Shown: positions 41,552-53,034 of the stretch, piece after piece
Position numbering within the stretch: the first letter of the stretch is position 1
Layout: each line of letters starts with the position of its first letter
DNA from: Candidatus Marinacidobacterales bacterium
GTDB lineage: Bacteria; Acidobacteriota; Vicinamibacteria; Marinacidobacterales; SMYC01
Length of the DNA stretch: 64,000 nucleotides
Direction of reading: 5' to 3'
Assembly: GCA_965237955.1 (NCBI GenBank)
Contig: OZ250169.1
Span: 7,520,001 to 7,584,000 of the forward strand
Program-made: the position numbers and the translations under genes
Notes under the pieces: model-generated
The model's input: only the letters and a program-made list of their open reading frames with translations
Told to the model about the DNA's origin: nothing
The model's database searches: none

Positions 41552-42897
41552 CAACCGTTTTGCTTCTGACGACCTGGCTTCTCTCCGCTGGCATCTTCGC
41601 CGGCGGTTGCCGGGAGGTCTCAAAGCCCAACATCATCTTCATCTCGATTGACTGTCTGAACCAGCGACAGTTCGAGACGGCTCTCGCCGAGGGCTACGCG
41701 CGCGGGCTCGGTGCTCTCAAAGACGACTCCATCGCATTCTCACGCGCCTATGCCCACGCTCCGTGGACGACTCCGTCTCACATGAGCATGCTCACTGGGC
41801 TCTATCCTTCCCAGCACGGTCGGAATGTCCCCTACGGTCTGATGATCCAGTGGAACGACTACTACCCCAGGGTGCCGTCTTTCGAAACACTCGCGGGACG
41901 TCTCGGGCGCGAGGGGTACGAGACCGCGGCATTCGTTGGCCAGGGCAGCATTTCAGCGGTGTACGGCCCCGACCAGGGATACGAGATCTTCGAAGAGCAC
42001 CGCAAGGCGCACCGCAAGTGGACCGACTTGGTTTTCGTGTTCGACCGAACCATGGCCTGGCTCGCGAATCGGAGCGATCGGCCGTTTTTCCTCTTCTTTC
42101 ACACTTACGATCTGCACGGTCCGCGGCCCACTGGATTGCCGTCTGACCGGGAGACGATCCACTACATCGACCAATACTTGTCGCGGCTCATCGTAGAGCT
42201 GAAGTCGCAGGGCTTGTACGGCTCCTCTCTGATCATCCTGACGGGCGACCACGGGTCCAACATGATCGAGGTCGAGGACAAGTGCTGCGTGCACGAAGCC
42301 GGTCACTATGAGGAGAACCTCAAGGTACCTCTTCTGCTGAAGCTTCCCAACGCGACCGGGGGACGCGATGAGAGCTTCGTGGCGCGACACGTGGACTTGT
42401 TCCCGACCATTTTGGAGGTGGCCGGTCTGTCCGCCGACTCTTATGACGGACCGGGCAGGTCGCTTCTCGAAGATCGGGACGTGGACGCCGACAGCGTCTT
42501 TTCGTTCTCCGAGGCCGACGGCCGGTGCGCCATGCGTCGAGCGCTCGTCACCGAACGCTACAAATACATCTACACGGTCCGTGACGAAACACAGGCGCTG
42601 CTGCGGCAAAACGATCGCTTCTATGATGACACCTGCCCGAACGCCTGCGGTGATGTCCCCATCGAGGAGCTCTACGACCTCCACAAAGACCCTTTCGAGA
42701 AGCACAACCTTCTCGAGGGCCGGCTCAACGAACAACGCTCGGCCCGTCTCGAAGAGTTGCGCATCGAGATGGCAAGACACCTCAACCTGCGCCCACACTA
42801 CTCGACAACCGTCGTCACGGGGCCTAGAGAAGGGCTCGATGATGCGGACACACGGGAGCTGCTCGAAAGCCTCCGAACTCTCGGTTACATCCAATAA
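41552..42897 (+). CDS. Sulfatase-like lipoprotein (Thr-type), 5' end clipped by IS3
   Basis: Lipobox AGGC; 'PNIIFISIDC', 'PWTTPSHMSMLTG', 'DHG'; C-terminal 'LRTLGYIQ'. Possible TTG restart at 41560. Confidence 0.75.
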
Positions 42898-42983
42898 AGC
42901 AGGTCGTCCGGCGGCGCCGCGCCCATCGGCATCTCACCGATCTCGCCTTCGCCAGCGGCCGACCGCGTTAGAATATGCCGACC

Positions 42984-44163
42984 GTGGCCGATAAAGACCC
43001 TCGAGAGCTCGAGCTCTCCGATCGTGATGCCTTGTCTCAACGAAGCCGAGACGCTCGAGACGTGCATCCTGAAGGCCGAGCGCTCGCTCCACGGGCACGG
43101 CATCGACGGCGAGATCATCATCGCCGATAACGGAAGCACCGACGGTTCGATCGAGATCGCCGAACGACTGGGCGCCCGTCTCGTCCACGTCGAGACAAGA
43201 GGCTACGGCAGTGCGCTCATGGGCGGAATTCACGCAGCGTCGGGCAAGTTCGTCATCATGGGAGACGCCGACGACAGCTACGACTTCACCGCTTTGATGC
43301 CGTTCGTCGAGAAGCTCCGCGACGGCTACGACCTCGTCATGGGAAACCGTTTCAAGGGCGGCATCCAGCCCGGCGCCATGCCCTTTCTCCATCGCTACCT
43401 CGGCAATCCCGTCTTGACATGCATCGGCCGCCTTTTGTTCCCGAACCCGTGTGGTGATTTCCACTGCGGCCTCAGGGGTTTCCGCAAAAAGGCAGCACTC
43501 CAGATGAACCTCCAGACCACCGGCATGGAGTTCGCGTCGGAAATGGTGGTCAAGGCGACTCTTCTAGGCATGCACGTCACCGAAGTTCCGACGACGCTGT
43601 CTCCAGACGGCCGAAACCGGCGACCTCACCTCCGCACGTGGAGAGACGGCTGGCGCCACTTGCGGTTCTTGTTCCTCTACAGCCCACGATGGCTGTTCCT
43701 ATACCCCGGCACTATGCTACTCGCCGCGGGTCTTCTGATTGGACTGTGGGTCTTGCTGGGCCCGCGATCGGTCGGCACGGTTACTTTCGACGTCCATACG
43801 CTGGTCTACGCTGCCGCCGCCGTGTCGCTCGGCTACCAGTCCATTGCCTTTGCGTTCTTCACCAAGATTTTCGCCATTCAAGAAGGCTTGATGCCCGAAG
43901 ATTCACGTCTGAAGCGCGTCTTTCGCTACGTCACGCTCGAAGTCGGATTGGCGGTGGGATTCGCGCTCGTCTTCGTCGGCCTAGGAGGGACGGCCTGGGC
44001 CCTCACCGATTGGGGTGCACGTTCGTTCGGAGAGCTCGAGCCGACAGACACCCTCCGGATTGTGATCCCCTCGGCGCTAGCGCTGACGCTCGGGTTCCAA
44101 ATCGTGCTCTCGAGCTTTTTTCTCAGCGTCCTCGGGCTCGGCCGCCATCGCGGTGGCATCTGA
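42984..44163 (+). CDS. GT2 polyprenol-phosphate glycosyltransferase (DPM1-like) with C-terminal TM domain; 1-nt frameshift near the 5' end
   Basis: 'MPCLNEA', 'DNGSTDGS', 'MGDADDSYD', 'DFHCGLRG'. 'ELS' and 'IVMP' are offset by an extra base at about 43019. Confidence 0.8.
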
Positions 44164-45365
44164 TGACGCTCCTTCACGCCCGCGGATGCGCGTTCGCGGC
44201 CGTGCTCGTCGTCGCTTCTTGCGGCTCGGAGACGCCGCCGCCAAGCACCTATTACTTCGCTCACCGCGTTTCGGAGTCGGCAGCCGAGTTCGACGAGATG
44301 CGATTCCGCTCGTTTCGAAAAGACGGCCGCCTCGCATCCACCGTTACGCTGGGAGACCCGGGTGCGATCACCGAGTCGCGCTTGTCTCTCGTTCCACCGA
44401 TTCCTTCCACGCTCACTTACAACGTGAGCGTCCCGCCGGAGGGCCGGCTCGACTTCGAGATCGGCGTGGCCACCCTCGGAGCGGAGGCACTCCCCGCACC
44501 GATCGTCTTCACGGTTCTCGTCGACGGCGAGCGCGCGTTCGAAGAGACCGTCCGACGCCGCTTCGGAAACCGGTGGTACCGCAGAAACCTCGACCTGAGT
44601 GACTGGTCGGACACTGCCGTTGCGATCACGTTCGAGACACAATTCCAGGAAACGCCGTTCACCGCGACGAGCCAGCTTAGAAGCAATGTTTTGCCAGCGT
44701 GGGGAAATCCCGTCCTCCGCGGACGTCACGACTTCGTGACGCGGCCGGATTTAATTCTCGTTTCCATCGATTGCCTCAGAGCGGATCACGTGGGTGCCTA
44801 CGGATACGAACTGCCCATCACACCGGCGCTCGACGCCTTCGCGGAAGACGGTGCCTTGTTCGAGAATTCCGTCAGCGTCTCGTCCTGGACCCTCCCGACA
44901 CACATGTCGATGCTGACCGGCCTCATGCCGACAGAGCATGGCTTGAGTCGCGCCCACAAACGCTCTCCCGCGGTACCGTACCTTCCGGAGATCCTGTCGC
45001 GGGAAGGCTACGAAACTCTCGGCGTCGTGTCGGGGCTCTATCTGTCTCCCACGTTCGGTTACGAGCAAGACTTCGATGTGTATCGCGCCCTCATCGACGA
45101 GCCTGCGGAAGAGCTCGTCGACGCCGCGGCCGAGCTTTTTTTCGCTGAGCCGCGGCGTCCTCGCTTTTTGTTCTTGCATTTCTTCGATGCCCATTGGCGC
45201 TACCTTCCACCTCCGAAATACCTGGAGCGCGCCGGGGGGAGGCCGCCCGACATTTCGAAGCTCCTGAACAAAGTCATTCAAGAAAAACCCCCGAGCGGAC
45301 CCGAAGAGATCGCGCAGATGAAAACGCTCTACGATGCCGAGGTCGCCTACGTCGACGACCAACTA

Positions 45366-46548
45366 GTCCACTGGAACATAAAAAGCTAGACAACACCGGC
45401 CCTTCTGTGATCTGCTAAATGCATGAAACACAAGGGCCGGCGAAAAGCCGAATTGAAGCTGTCGTCTCAAGAAAGCGAAGCGCTGACGCGACTGGCGCGA
45501 CGCAGCCGTAGTTCGCCGCACCAAGCCTTCCGAGCGAAGATCGTGCTGGATTGCGCGGCGGGTCTGACGAATATGGAAGTTGCTAGGAAGATGCACACCA
45601 TGAGGAGCACGGTGGGCAAGTGGCGAAGACGCTTTGTAGAACAACGAATGGAAGGGTTGTACGACGAACCTCGGCCGGGAGCGGCTCGCAAAATCGGCGA
45701 TGACCAGATCGAGGAAGTCGTGACCAAGACGCTGGAGACGACTCCAAAGGGGAGAACCCATTGGAGTACGCGCTCGATGGCCAAGCATCTTGGGCTGAGT
45801 CATTCGACGATTGGACGTATTTGGCGAACGTTCGGGCTTCAACCGCACCGCTCGGAATCGTTTCGTCTCTCGCAAGACCCACAACTGGTCGAAAAAGTAC
45901 GCGACGTTGTTGGCCTGTATATGAACCCACCGGATAACGCGGTCGTCCTGTGCGTCGACGAGAAATCGCAGATTCAAGCGCTCGAGCGTGCTCAACCTGT
46001 CCTGCCCATGAGCTTGGGCCAGCCCGAGCGACAAACCCACGACTACATTCGGCATGGAACGACTGACCTGTTTGCCGCACTCGACGCCGCAACAGGTGAA
46101 GTCTTCGGAAAGTGCTACGCGCGACATCGAGCGCTAGAGTTCAAGAAGTTCCTCGCTGAGATCGAAGCAGCCGTTCCCAGCGAGTTGGACATCCACGTCG
46201 TGCTCGACAATCTCGCCACGCACAAGACACCGGCGATCAAACGCTGGCTTTCCAAGCGACCTCGGTTCCACTTTCACTTCACACCGACACACGCCTCTTG
46301 GCTCAACTTCGCTGAGCGCTTCTTTGGCTTGCTCACCGAACACGCCTTGCGACGAGGCTCGCACACGAGCGTGCCTCAGCTCCGCGTTGCGATACAAGAC
46401 TATCTCGATGCTCACAACGAGAACCCAAAGCCGTTCAAGTGGACGAAATCCGCCGACCAAATCCTCGAAACCATCGCTCGGTTCGCCCAGCGAACGCTCG
46501 ATACACATGGCAAATCGAATTTGGACAGTAATTAAAGATCCAGGGGAC
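45366..46548 (+). mobile_element. IS630-family element, copy 1
   Basis: CTAG target with duplicated TA; TIRs GTCCACTGGAAC / GTCCCCTGGATC. Confidence 0.92.
45423..46535 (+). CDS. IS630-family transposase
   Basis: HTH plus '[10 protein letters not shown]', 'DYIRHGT', 'LDNLATHK', '[11 protein letters not shown]'. Confidence 0.93.
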   Translation: MKHKGRRKAELKLSSQESEALTRLARRSRSSPHQAFRAKIVLDCAAGLTNMEVARKMHTMRSTVGKWRRRFVEQRMEGLYDEPRPGAARKIGDDQIEEVVTKTLETTPKGRTHWSTRSMAKHLGLSHSTIGRIWRTFGLQPHRSESFRLSQDPQLVEKVRDVVGLYMNPPDNAVVLCVDEKSQIQALERAQPVLPMSLGQPERQTHDYIRHGTTDLFAALDAATGEVFGKCYARHRALEFKKFLAEIEAAVPSELDIHVVLDNLATHKTPAIKRWLSKRPRFHFHFTPTHASWLNFAERFFGLLTEHALRRGSHTSVPQLRVAIQDYLDAHNENPKPFKWTKSADQILETIARFAQRTLDTHGKSNLDSN

Positions 46549-47197
46549 TAGGACGTTTCTTCGAGGAGCTGAAAAGCCGGGGCATCTACGACAACGCTCT
46601 CATCGTCGTGACCGCCGATCACGGCGAAGGCTTCTACGAACACGGGCTGTGGCAGCACAGCGAAATCATTTACAACGAAGTGACGCGCGTGCCGTTGATA
46701 GTCAAGGCGCCGAAGAGCTCTTCCGCGTTGCGGATTTCCGAGTTGGTGAGCCAACTCGGCATATTCCCCACGTTTCTGGAGCTCGTCGGGCATGAAACGC
46801 CTTTCGCACACCCGAGTCTACTGGCGCTCGCCGGGCGCCGTGCTTCCTTTCCCGAACGAACGATGAGCGAGATCACCTGGGAGGCAACCGCCACGCGTGG
46901 GCCGTTCGTCACGCTGGCCGCCACCGAGGGCTCTCTCAAATACGTAGCGACCTTTGCGGGCGAGCTCGACGAGGACGCGTTCGTCTCGCGGCTCGTTAGC
47001 GAGGAGCTCTACGATCTAACGCGCGATCCGGGCGAGGAGACGAACCTACTCCCCGACGGTGTCGAGCGGGCCGGCGTCTTGCGCGGCCAGGTCCGGGATT
47101 ACCTCGCGGTCATACAAAGTCGTCGATCTCGAGATGCCGGCGATCCGATCGTCGTCGACGAGAAGATGGAGGAGAAGCTCCGCGCTATCGGCTACAT

Positions 47198-49375
47198 TCA
47201 GTAGGCTGCGGCGGCGGAGGCGACGAGCTCGTAGATATGTATCTCCGGCACGCTCCACGCTTGCGACCCCGCCTCCGTCCGAGCGATGTAAAGCCGTAGG
47301 GTATCTACCGTCGACGGCTCCAGATCGTATCGGAGCCTTGCCTTTTTGGGGTCTTCCACCAACTGGCGGATGAGCCCGACTTTGTACCAAACGTCGTCGA
47401 CTCGAGAGATCTTGAACCTCTCCTCACCACGGCGTCCGATGAACTCGAGATTCCGCGCGAACTCTTCGTAGGGATAGGACATCTCTATCTCGATGCGCAC
47501 CGGACGCCGCGGTCGATCGAACACAATCTCCAGGAAGTCTCCCTTCATTTGGCCACGGCGCGTCGTCCACCTGGACGAACGATCTCCGTCCTTAGCAAGG
47601 CTAGGATCGAGCCCCCGACGACTGCGAAGCTCGTAATCGGCGCGGTCCAATTCGTCGCAAAGACACTCTCTCGGCACGCCCTCGCCTTCCAAAGGTCGGA
47701 CCGTGTGCAGCTGCTCGCCCCCGAGATGGTAACGTGTCCAATCGGCGTCGTCGGGGCGGTCGGGAAACTTCTTGACGAGAGGAAGGTCGTCGCTGCGGCG
47801 CTCCAGACGTCGCATCAGGCGTCTTCGACGTCGAGCGTTCGTCCATCGCTTCGGATGGATGACTGCGGCGCGCACACCCAACGCTTGGAGGATGGTCGTA
47901 GAGGTGTCGTCCGGAAAATTACGGAGCTCCCACCTCAGATATTCCGTCGCCGGAGGGTAAAAGCTCGGTTTGTTGAACAGAATCGATCCCTCGTGAAACG
48001 TCGAGAAGTAAGCCTCCATGGTATTGAACCGGACGAAACGAAAAGGAAGAACCGGTAGCTCGGCGACAGCGCCGCGGTGTTGGCGTGCGCTCAACCACGT
48101 GTACACGTCAGGAATGTTGTCGACGGGGATACGGTCGCCGCGGCCGTAGCGGGGAGATCACTGCTCGAGAAGCAGCAAGGCCGCGAGCATCGTACATCCC
48201 AGAATTCTCGTGACGTTTCGTCGCGCTTGAAAGAGCGAGGCCGCGGCTTGAGCCGCGAACACAGCCAACGCCAGCCGCGGGAGAATCGCCATCCGGCTCG
48301 GGTCACGCAGATTCTCGAACGGACCGACGTGCGCGAGAATCCGGAAGGGACCCGGGCCCAGCCGGAATCGGTTGACGACGAGGTCGGGGCCGCCAGAAAA
48401 CAGGAATCCGAGAACACCGATGGCGAGGAAGGCCCACGCGATCCGCTTGAGCCGGGAATCCGATGGGGAGCGCACCCAACGCCACAAGCCGAAGGACGCC
48501 ACGAGAATCGCGCCGAAGCCGAGGAAATGATCGACCAGGCATGGGCGGGCAATCGCGGCATAAAGAGGATTCTCGGCAGCCGGAAAGAAGTAGCGGGCGA
48601 GGTCGAAGTTTTGGGGGCTCGCCGCAAATTCATAGTGCGCATAGAGCTCGAAAAAAGGCCGGGCGACGAACAGGAAAAAGACCCCGATCAATAGTCCCGA
48701 GAGCGCCAACGACAAAGTCGAGCTCTTCTTCTTGTATGTGTCCCATGTGAAGAAGTACACGGGCACGAGGACTGCCAGAATGATCCCGTAGAAACCGAGG
48801 TAGTAGAAACAGGAGAGGCCGTGCAGAATCGAGAAAACGACGAAGCCTGGCAAATAGCGTTTCTTGTCATGGATGAAAAAACGGTGCAAGCACAAAAGTG
48901 CCAGTGGCAACCACTGCAGGCTGATGAGCTGTAAGCGCGGTATCTGAGACAGGTTGTACGAGCCCAGAGCGTAGTAGACGGCCCCGACGCCGGCAGCGGC
49001 GTCGCTTCCTGTCAGCTCTCGAAACAAAAGGTGGCCGCCGAACGCTGCAAGAGCGAGGGTCAACAGCGTGGCGAGGTTGGTCGCCAACACCCGATTGTCG
49101 AGAAAGCGGAACAAGGGCCACGACAGCACAGCCTGGCCCAAAAGAGGCTCCGTGTACATCAGCGCGCCCGGGTGCGGATAGTACGTGTTCGCGTCGAGAA
49201 TCTCGGGGTAGCCGAGCGAGAGGTGGCTCGCGCCCCACCAGAGTATCCACATGCCGAGGATCGAGTCCCCGTCATCGGGCATGTGCGTATCGAGATGGAG
49301 AGAATAAGGAACGAGGAGCACGAAAACGAGAACGAGGTAAGCCAGCAACCACGCGGCGCTACGAAGCGGCGTCAT
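47198..49375 (-). pseudogene. GT-C (YfhO-like) glycosyltransferase with C-terminal discoidin-like domain; single in-frame TGA
   Basis: ORFs 48158-49375 and 47198-48106 are in the same frame, separated only by TGA in 'LLEQ*SPRYG'. Confidence 0.75.
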
Positions 49376-49497
49376 TTTGGGCCTCTACGAGATTTGAACC
49401 ACGGAAACACGCGGCACAGAGGTAACACAGAAGTGCGAGTTAGTTCTACTTTCCCGCGCGCAATAAACGCGCCCTCGCCAACGTCGCTCCGGGACAA

Positions 49498-51050
49498 CTA
49501 CGGGCTCGGGGCGTCGCACCGACGGTAGATGTAGAGCTCCGACAGGCTCCAGTCCGGAAGGGCGTAGTCGAATTCTTGTCCCTCGCGGATCCAAAATCGT
49601 AGCCGCCGCGCGCGAATCGGTGCGAAACGAAGCGTCATCGCAGCTCGAGCGGGATCGTTGACGAGGGCGTCCGCAAGCTCCCATTTCGTTTCGATGTCGT
49701 CGCGGTAAAAAACGCGCTCGAAGCGTTCACCTGGGCGGCTCGCTTTCAGTGTCAGATCACGCGGGAACTCATCATGAGGATAAGCGAGCCTCAAGCGCAC
49801 CGCGCTAACCGTCTCTTCGCGACCGAGATCGACCTCGAGCTTCAATCCGGGAAGCTGCCGGTCGGTGTGCCAAGTCGTCTCGGGGTTGCGATCGACCGCC
49901 CATTCGTGAGGCGTCTCAGCGTCTCCTGCAAGCGTCCATTCTCCGGGATCGAGCTCATCGGCTGGCGAACAGAGGAGCGAACCCGATTCCGATTCGCCGG
50001 CGTGTCGCAGGCGAAAGACCCGCTCGTCTCCGAATCCGTAGAACTCGTATGTACGGCCCGGGAGCGGGTCGAACCTGCCTTCGGGTATGAGCCGGTCGGC
50101 GTATTGTCGTAGGAGCGCCAGGTTCTTCGCGCGCTCATCGGGCGGCCACGCTCTCGGATGGACGACGATCCGCTCGACCCCGAGCCGCTCGAGAAGCCGA
50201 ATGCTGGTGGCGTCGGGAAAGCTCCGAAGCTCCCAGGCGAGGTAGCTCGTGAGCGGTGGATAGAACGAAGTCCTTCCGAACACGACCGGACGCCAGTGAT
50301 ACGTGGAATAGAACAAGTAGAGGGCGTGGCGTCGGAGCTGGCTTCGCGGATAGAGCGGAAGCTCGACGACGGGGTCGGCTGGCAGTGTTTGGCCGAGCCA
50401 GCGGTAGACTTCCGGAGCCTGGGCCCCTGTCGGTACGCTCGTGAACGGCTGGCCGCCGGTGAAGTGCTCGTACGGTAGCAGGACGAGGAGCGAAACTCGC
50501 ACCCAAGGAAGCGCTCGCGTCGACACGCGCGAAAAGAGCGCTTTCGCGCCGAGCCCGGCGGCAACGGCGAGGCCGAAGTGGACGAAGACACACATCCGTT
50601 CCGGACTGCGAAGCACGCGGAAGAGTGGGACATGCTCGTAGAACCAGCGGTAAGGCCCCGTTCCCAACTCGGCACCGCCTACCCTTACGGTGGGGCCCAA
50701 AGACAGGATGAGCCCGAGGAGCGCGGTGGCTAAACAAAGCCACAAGAGAATCCGGGTCGGGCGTTCGGCATGGCCACGGCCGGTCACGACGCCGACAACG
50801 GCGAGCCCGATCACGAGAAAGCCCAGAAATTGGGGCGCCACACTGAGCGGAAGCTCGAATGAAAAGAAGCGCGCGAAGAAGCTTCCATCGGGCGGCCTCA
50901 AATAGTCCAACAGATCTAAACCGTCAGCGAGCGATCGCTGATAGCCGAAGTCACGGAGCATTCGCAGATACGGAATCGCCAGCAAGCCGAAAACAGCACC
51001 CGCAACCCCGATCGGCGGAATAAGCTTCGAGACGCGTCGCCAACCACCAG
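49498..51050 (-). pseudogene. 3' half of a GT-C (YfhO-like) protein with discoidin-like domain
   Basis: Paralogous to 47198-49375 and 61104-62756 ('YSTYHWRP', 'FPD...L') but lacks the N-terminal TM half; fused to the GT2 tail at about 51050. Confidence 0.7.
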
Positions 51051-51532
51051 GCGCTCCCGGTTGCGAAGCGCCCCGTAGAGCGCCCCGAAGGTTTCCATGA
51101 TGTAGCGAACGGAGCTCACCACGCTGACCGAGGAGGAGTCTTCGGCATAACGCGTCGGGATCGCCACCTCCTCGATACGGAATCCGAGCAAGACGGCCTG
51201 AATGACCATTTGGCTGTCGAAGACAAAAGCATCCGAAAAGCCATGATAGTCGATGAGTTGAAGAAACCGGCGGGAGTAGGCCTTCATTCCGCTATGAAGC
51301 TCGCTGAACGAAGTCTCGAGAAAAAGATTCTCGATGCGCGTCGTGAGACGGTTTCCGACGTAGCGATAGAGTGGCATGTTTCCGTTGCGGGGATCCTCAA
51401 CGCCTTTGAAGCGGGAGCCGAAAACGAAATCGGCCCGGATAGCTCGGATCGGCTCGAGGAGTGCGGGTACCCGGTGCGGCGCATACTGGTAATCCGGGTG
51501 AAGGAGCACGACCGCGTCGGCTCCACGCTCTA

Positions 51533-52714
51533 GTCCCCTGGATCTTTAATTACTGTCCAAATTCGATTTGCCATGTGTATCGAGCGTTCGCTGGGCGAAC
51601 CGAGCGATGGTTTCGAGGATTTGGTCGGCGGATTTCGTCCACTTGAACGGCTTTGGGTTCTCGTTGTGAGCATCGAGATAGTCTTGTATCGCAACGCGGA
51701 GCTGAGGCACGCTCGTGTGCGAGCCTCGTCGCAAGGCGTGTTCGGTGAGCAAGCCAAAGAAGCGCTCAGCGAAGTTGAGCCAAGAGGCGTGTGTCGGTGT
51801 GAAGTGAAAGTGGAACCGAGGTCGCTTGGAAAGCCAGCGTTTGATCGCCGGTGTCTTGTGCGTGGCGAGATTGTCGAGCACGACGTGGATGTCCAACTCG
51901 CTGGGAACGGCTGCTTCGATCTCAGCGAGGAACTTCTTGAACTCTAGCGCTCGATGTCGCGCGTAGCACTTTCCGAAGACTTCACCTGTTGCGGCGTCGA
52001 GTGCGGCAAACAGGTCAGTCGTTCCATGCCGAATGTAGTCGTGGTTTTGTCGCTCGGGCTGGCCCAAGCTCATGGGCAGGACAGGTTGAGCACGCTCGAG
52101 CGCTTGAATCTGCGATTTCTCGTCGACGCACAGGACGACCGCGTTATCCGGTGGGTTCATATACAGGCCAACAACGTCGCGTACTTTTTCGACCAGTTGT
52201 GGGTCTTGCGAGAGACGAAACGATTCCGAGCGGTGCGGTTGAAGCCCGAACGTTCGCCAAATACGTCCAATCGTCGAATGACTCAGCCCAAGATGCTTGG
52301 CCATCGAGCGCGTACTCCAATGGGTTCTCCCCTTTGGAGTCGTCTCCAGCGTCTTGGTCACGACTTCCTCGATCTGGTCATCGCCGATTTTGCGAGCCGC
52401 TCCCGGCCGAGGTTCGTCGTACAACCCTTCCATTCGTTGTTCTACAAAGCGTCTTCGCCACTTGCCCACCGTGCTCCTCATGGTGTGCATCTTCCTAGCA
52501 ACTTCCATATTCGTCAGACCCGCCGCGCAATCCAGCACGATCTTCGCTCGGAAGGCTTGGTGCGGCGAACTACGGCTGCGTCGCGCCAGTCGCGTCAGCG
52601 CTTCGCTTTCTTGAGACGACAGCTTCAATTCGGCTTTTCGCCGGCCCTTGTGTTTCATGCATTTAGCAGATCACAGAAGTGCCGGTGTGTCTAGCTTTTT
52701 CTGTTCCAGTGGAC
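51533..52714 (-). mobile_element. IS630-family element, copy 2
   Basis: Near-identical inverted copy of 45366-46548; CTAG target on both sides. Confidence 0.92.
51546..52658 (-). CDS. IS630-family transposase
   Basis: Same 370 aa as copy 1 except QTHDY to QNHDY. Confidence 0.93.
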   Translation of the reverse strand: MKHKGRRKAELKLSSQESEALTRLARRSRSSPHQAFRAKIVLDCAAGLTNMEVARKMHTMRSTVGKWRRRFVEQRMEGLYDEPRPGAARKIGDDQIEEVVTKTLETTPKGRTHWSTRSMAKHLGLSHSTIGRIWRTFGLQPHRSESFRLSQDPQLVEKVRDVVGLYMNPPDNAVVLCVDEKSQIQALERAQPVLPMSLGQPERQNHDYIRHGTTDLFAALDAATGEVFGKCYARHRALEFKKFLAEIEAAVPSELDIHVVLDNLATHKTPAIKRWLSKRPRFHFHFTPTHASWLNFAERFFGLLTEHALRRGSHTSVPQLRVAIQDYLDAHNENPKPFKWTKSADQILETIARFAQRTLDTHGKSNLDSN

Positions 52715-53034
52715 TAGCGCCCAGTCATAACAGGTCTTCTGGTTTCCCCCATAACCTCGATTCTCAGGATGACGCTGGACCGGTATGCCCAAACTCTCTG
52801 CCACGGCAACGGTACGGTCGGGGCTGGCGTCGTCTACGACGAGTACCTCGTCCGCGCATCTTGGAGGGATCTCCCGGTAGGTTTTCTCGAGAGTTCTGGC
52901 TGCCTTATAGGCAGGCATGACGATGCACGTGCGCAATAAGCGGTCCTCCGATCGGCCCGAATCCTATCTCACCCAAGCGCGGCCGTGCAAGACGCCAAGT
53001 TACCCATCACTTGATTGCGTTCATTTGCATGCAC

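Larger units (their letters stand above)
44163..47204 (+). pseudogene. Sulfatase-like lipoprotein (Thr-type) interrupted by IS630
   Basis: Lipobox VASC; 'IDCLRADH', 'SWTLPTH'. Removing the IS restores 'DDQLGRFFEELK...TADHGE'; ends 'LRAIGYIQ'. Confidence 0.85.
51051..52936 (-). pseudogene. GT2 glycosyltransferase interrupted by IS630
   Basis: 'VMPAY', 'VDDASPD', 'GYGGNQKTCYDWAL|ERGADAVVLLHPDYQY' is restored across the IS. Confidence 0.85.

Noticed and set aside
48158-48160. Selenocysteine recoding of the in-frame TGA
   Set aside because: The context fits Trp in a membrane GT rather than a redox Cys, and no convincing SECIS hairpin follows.
45366-52714. Composite transposon formed by the two IS630 copies
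   Set aside because: Each copy has its own CTAG target inside a separately reconstructable gene, so these are independent insertions.
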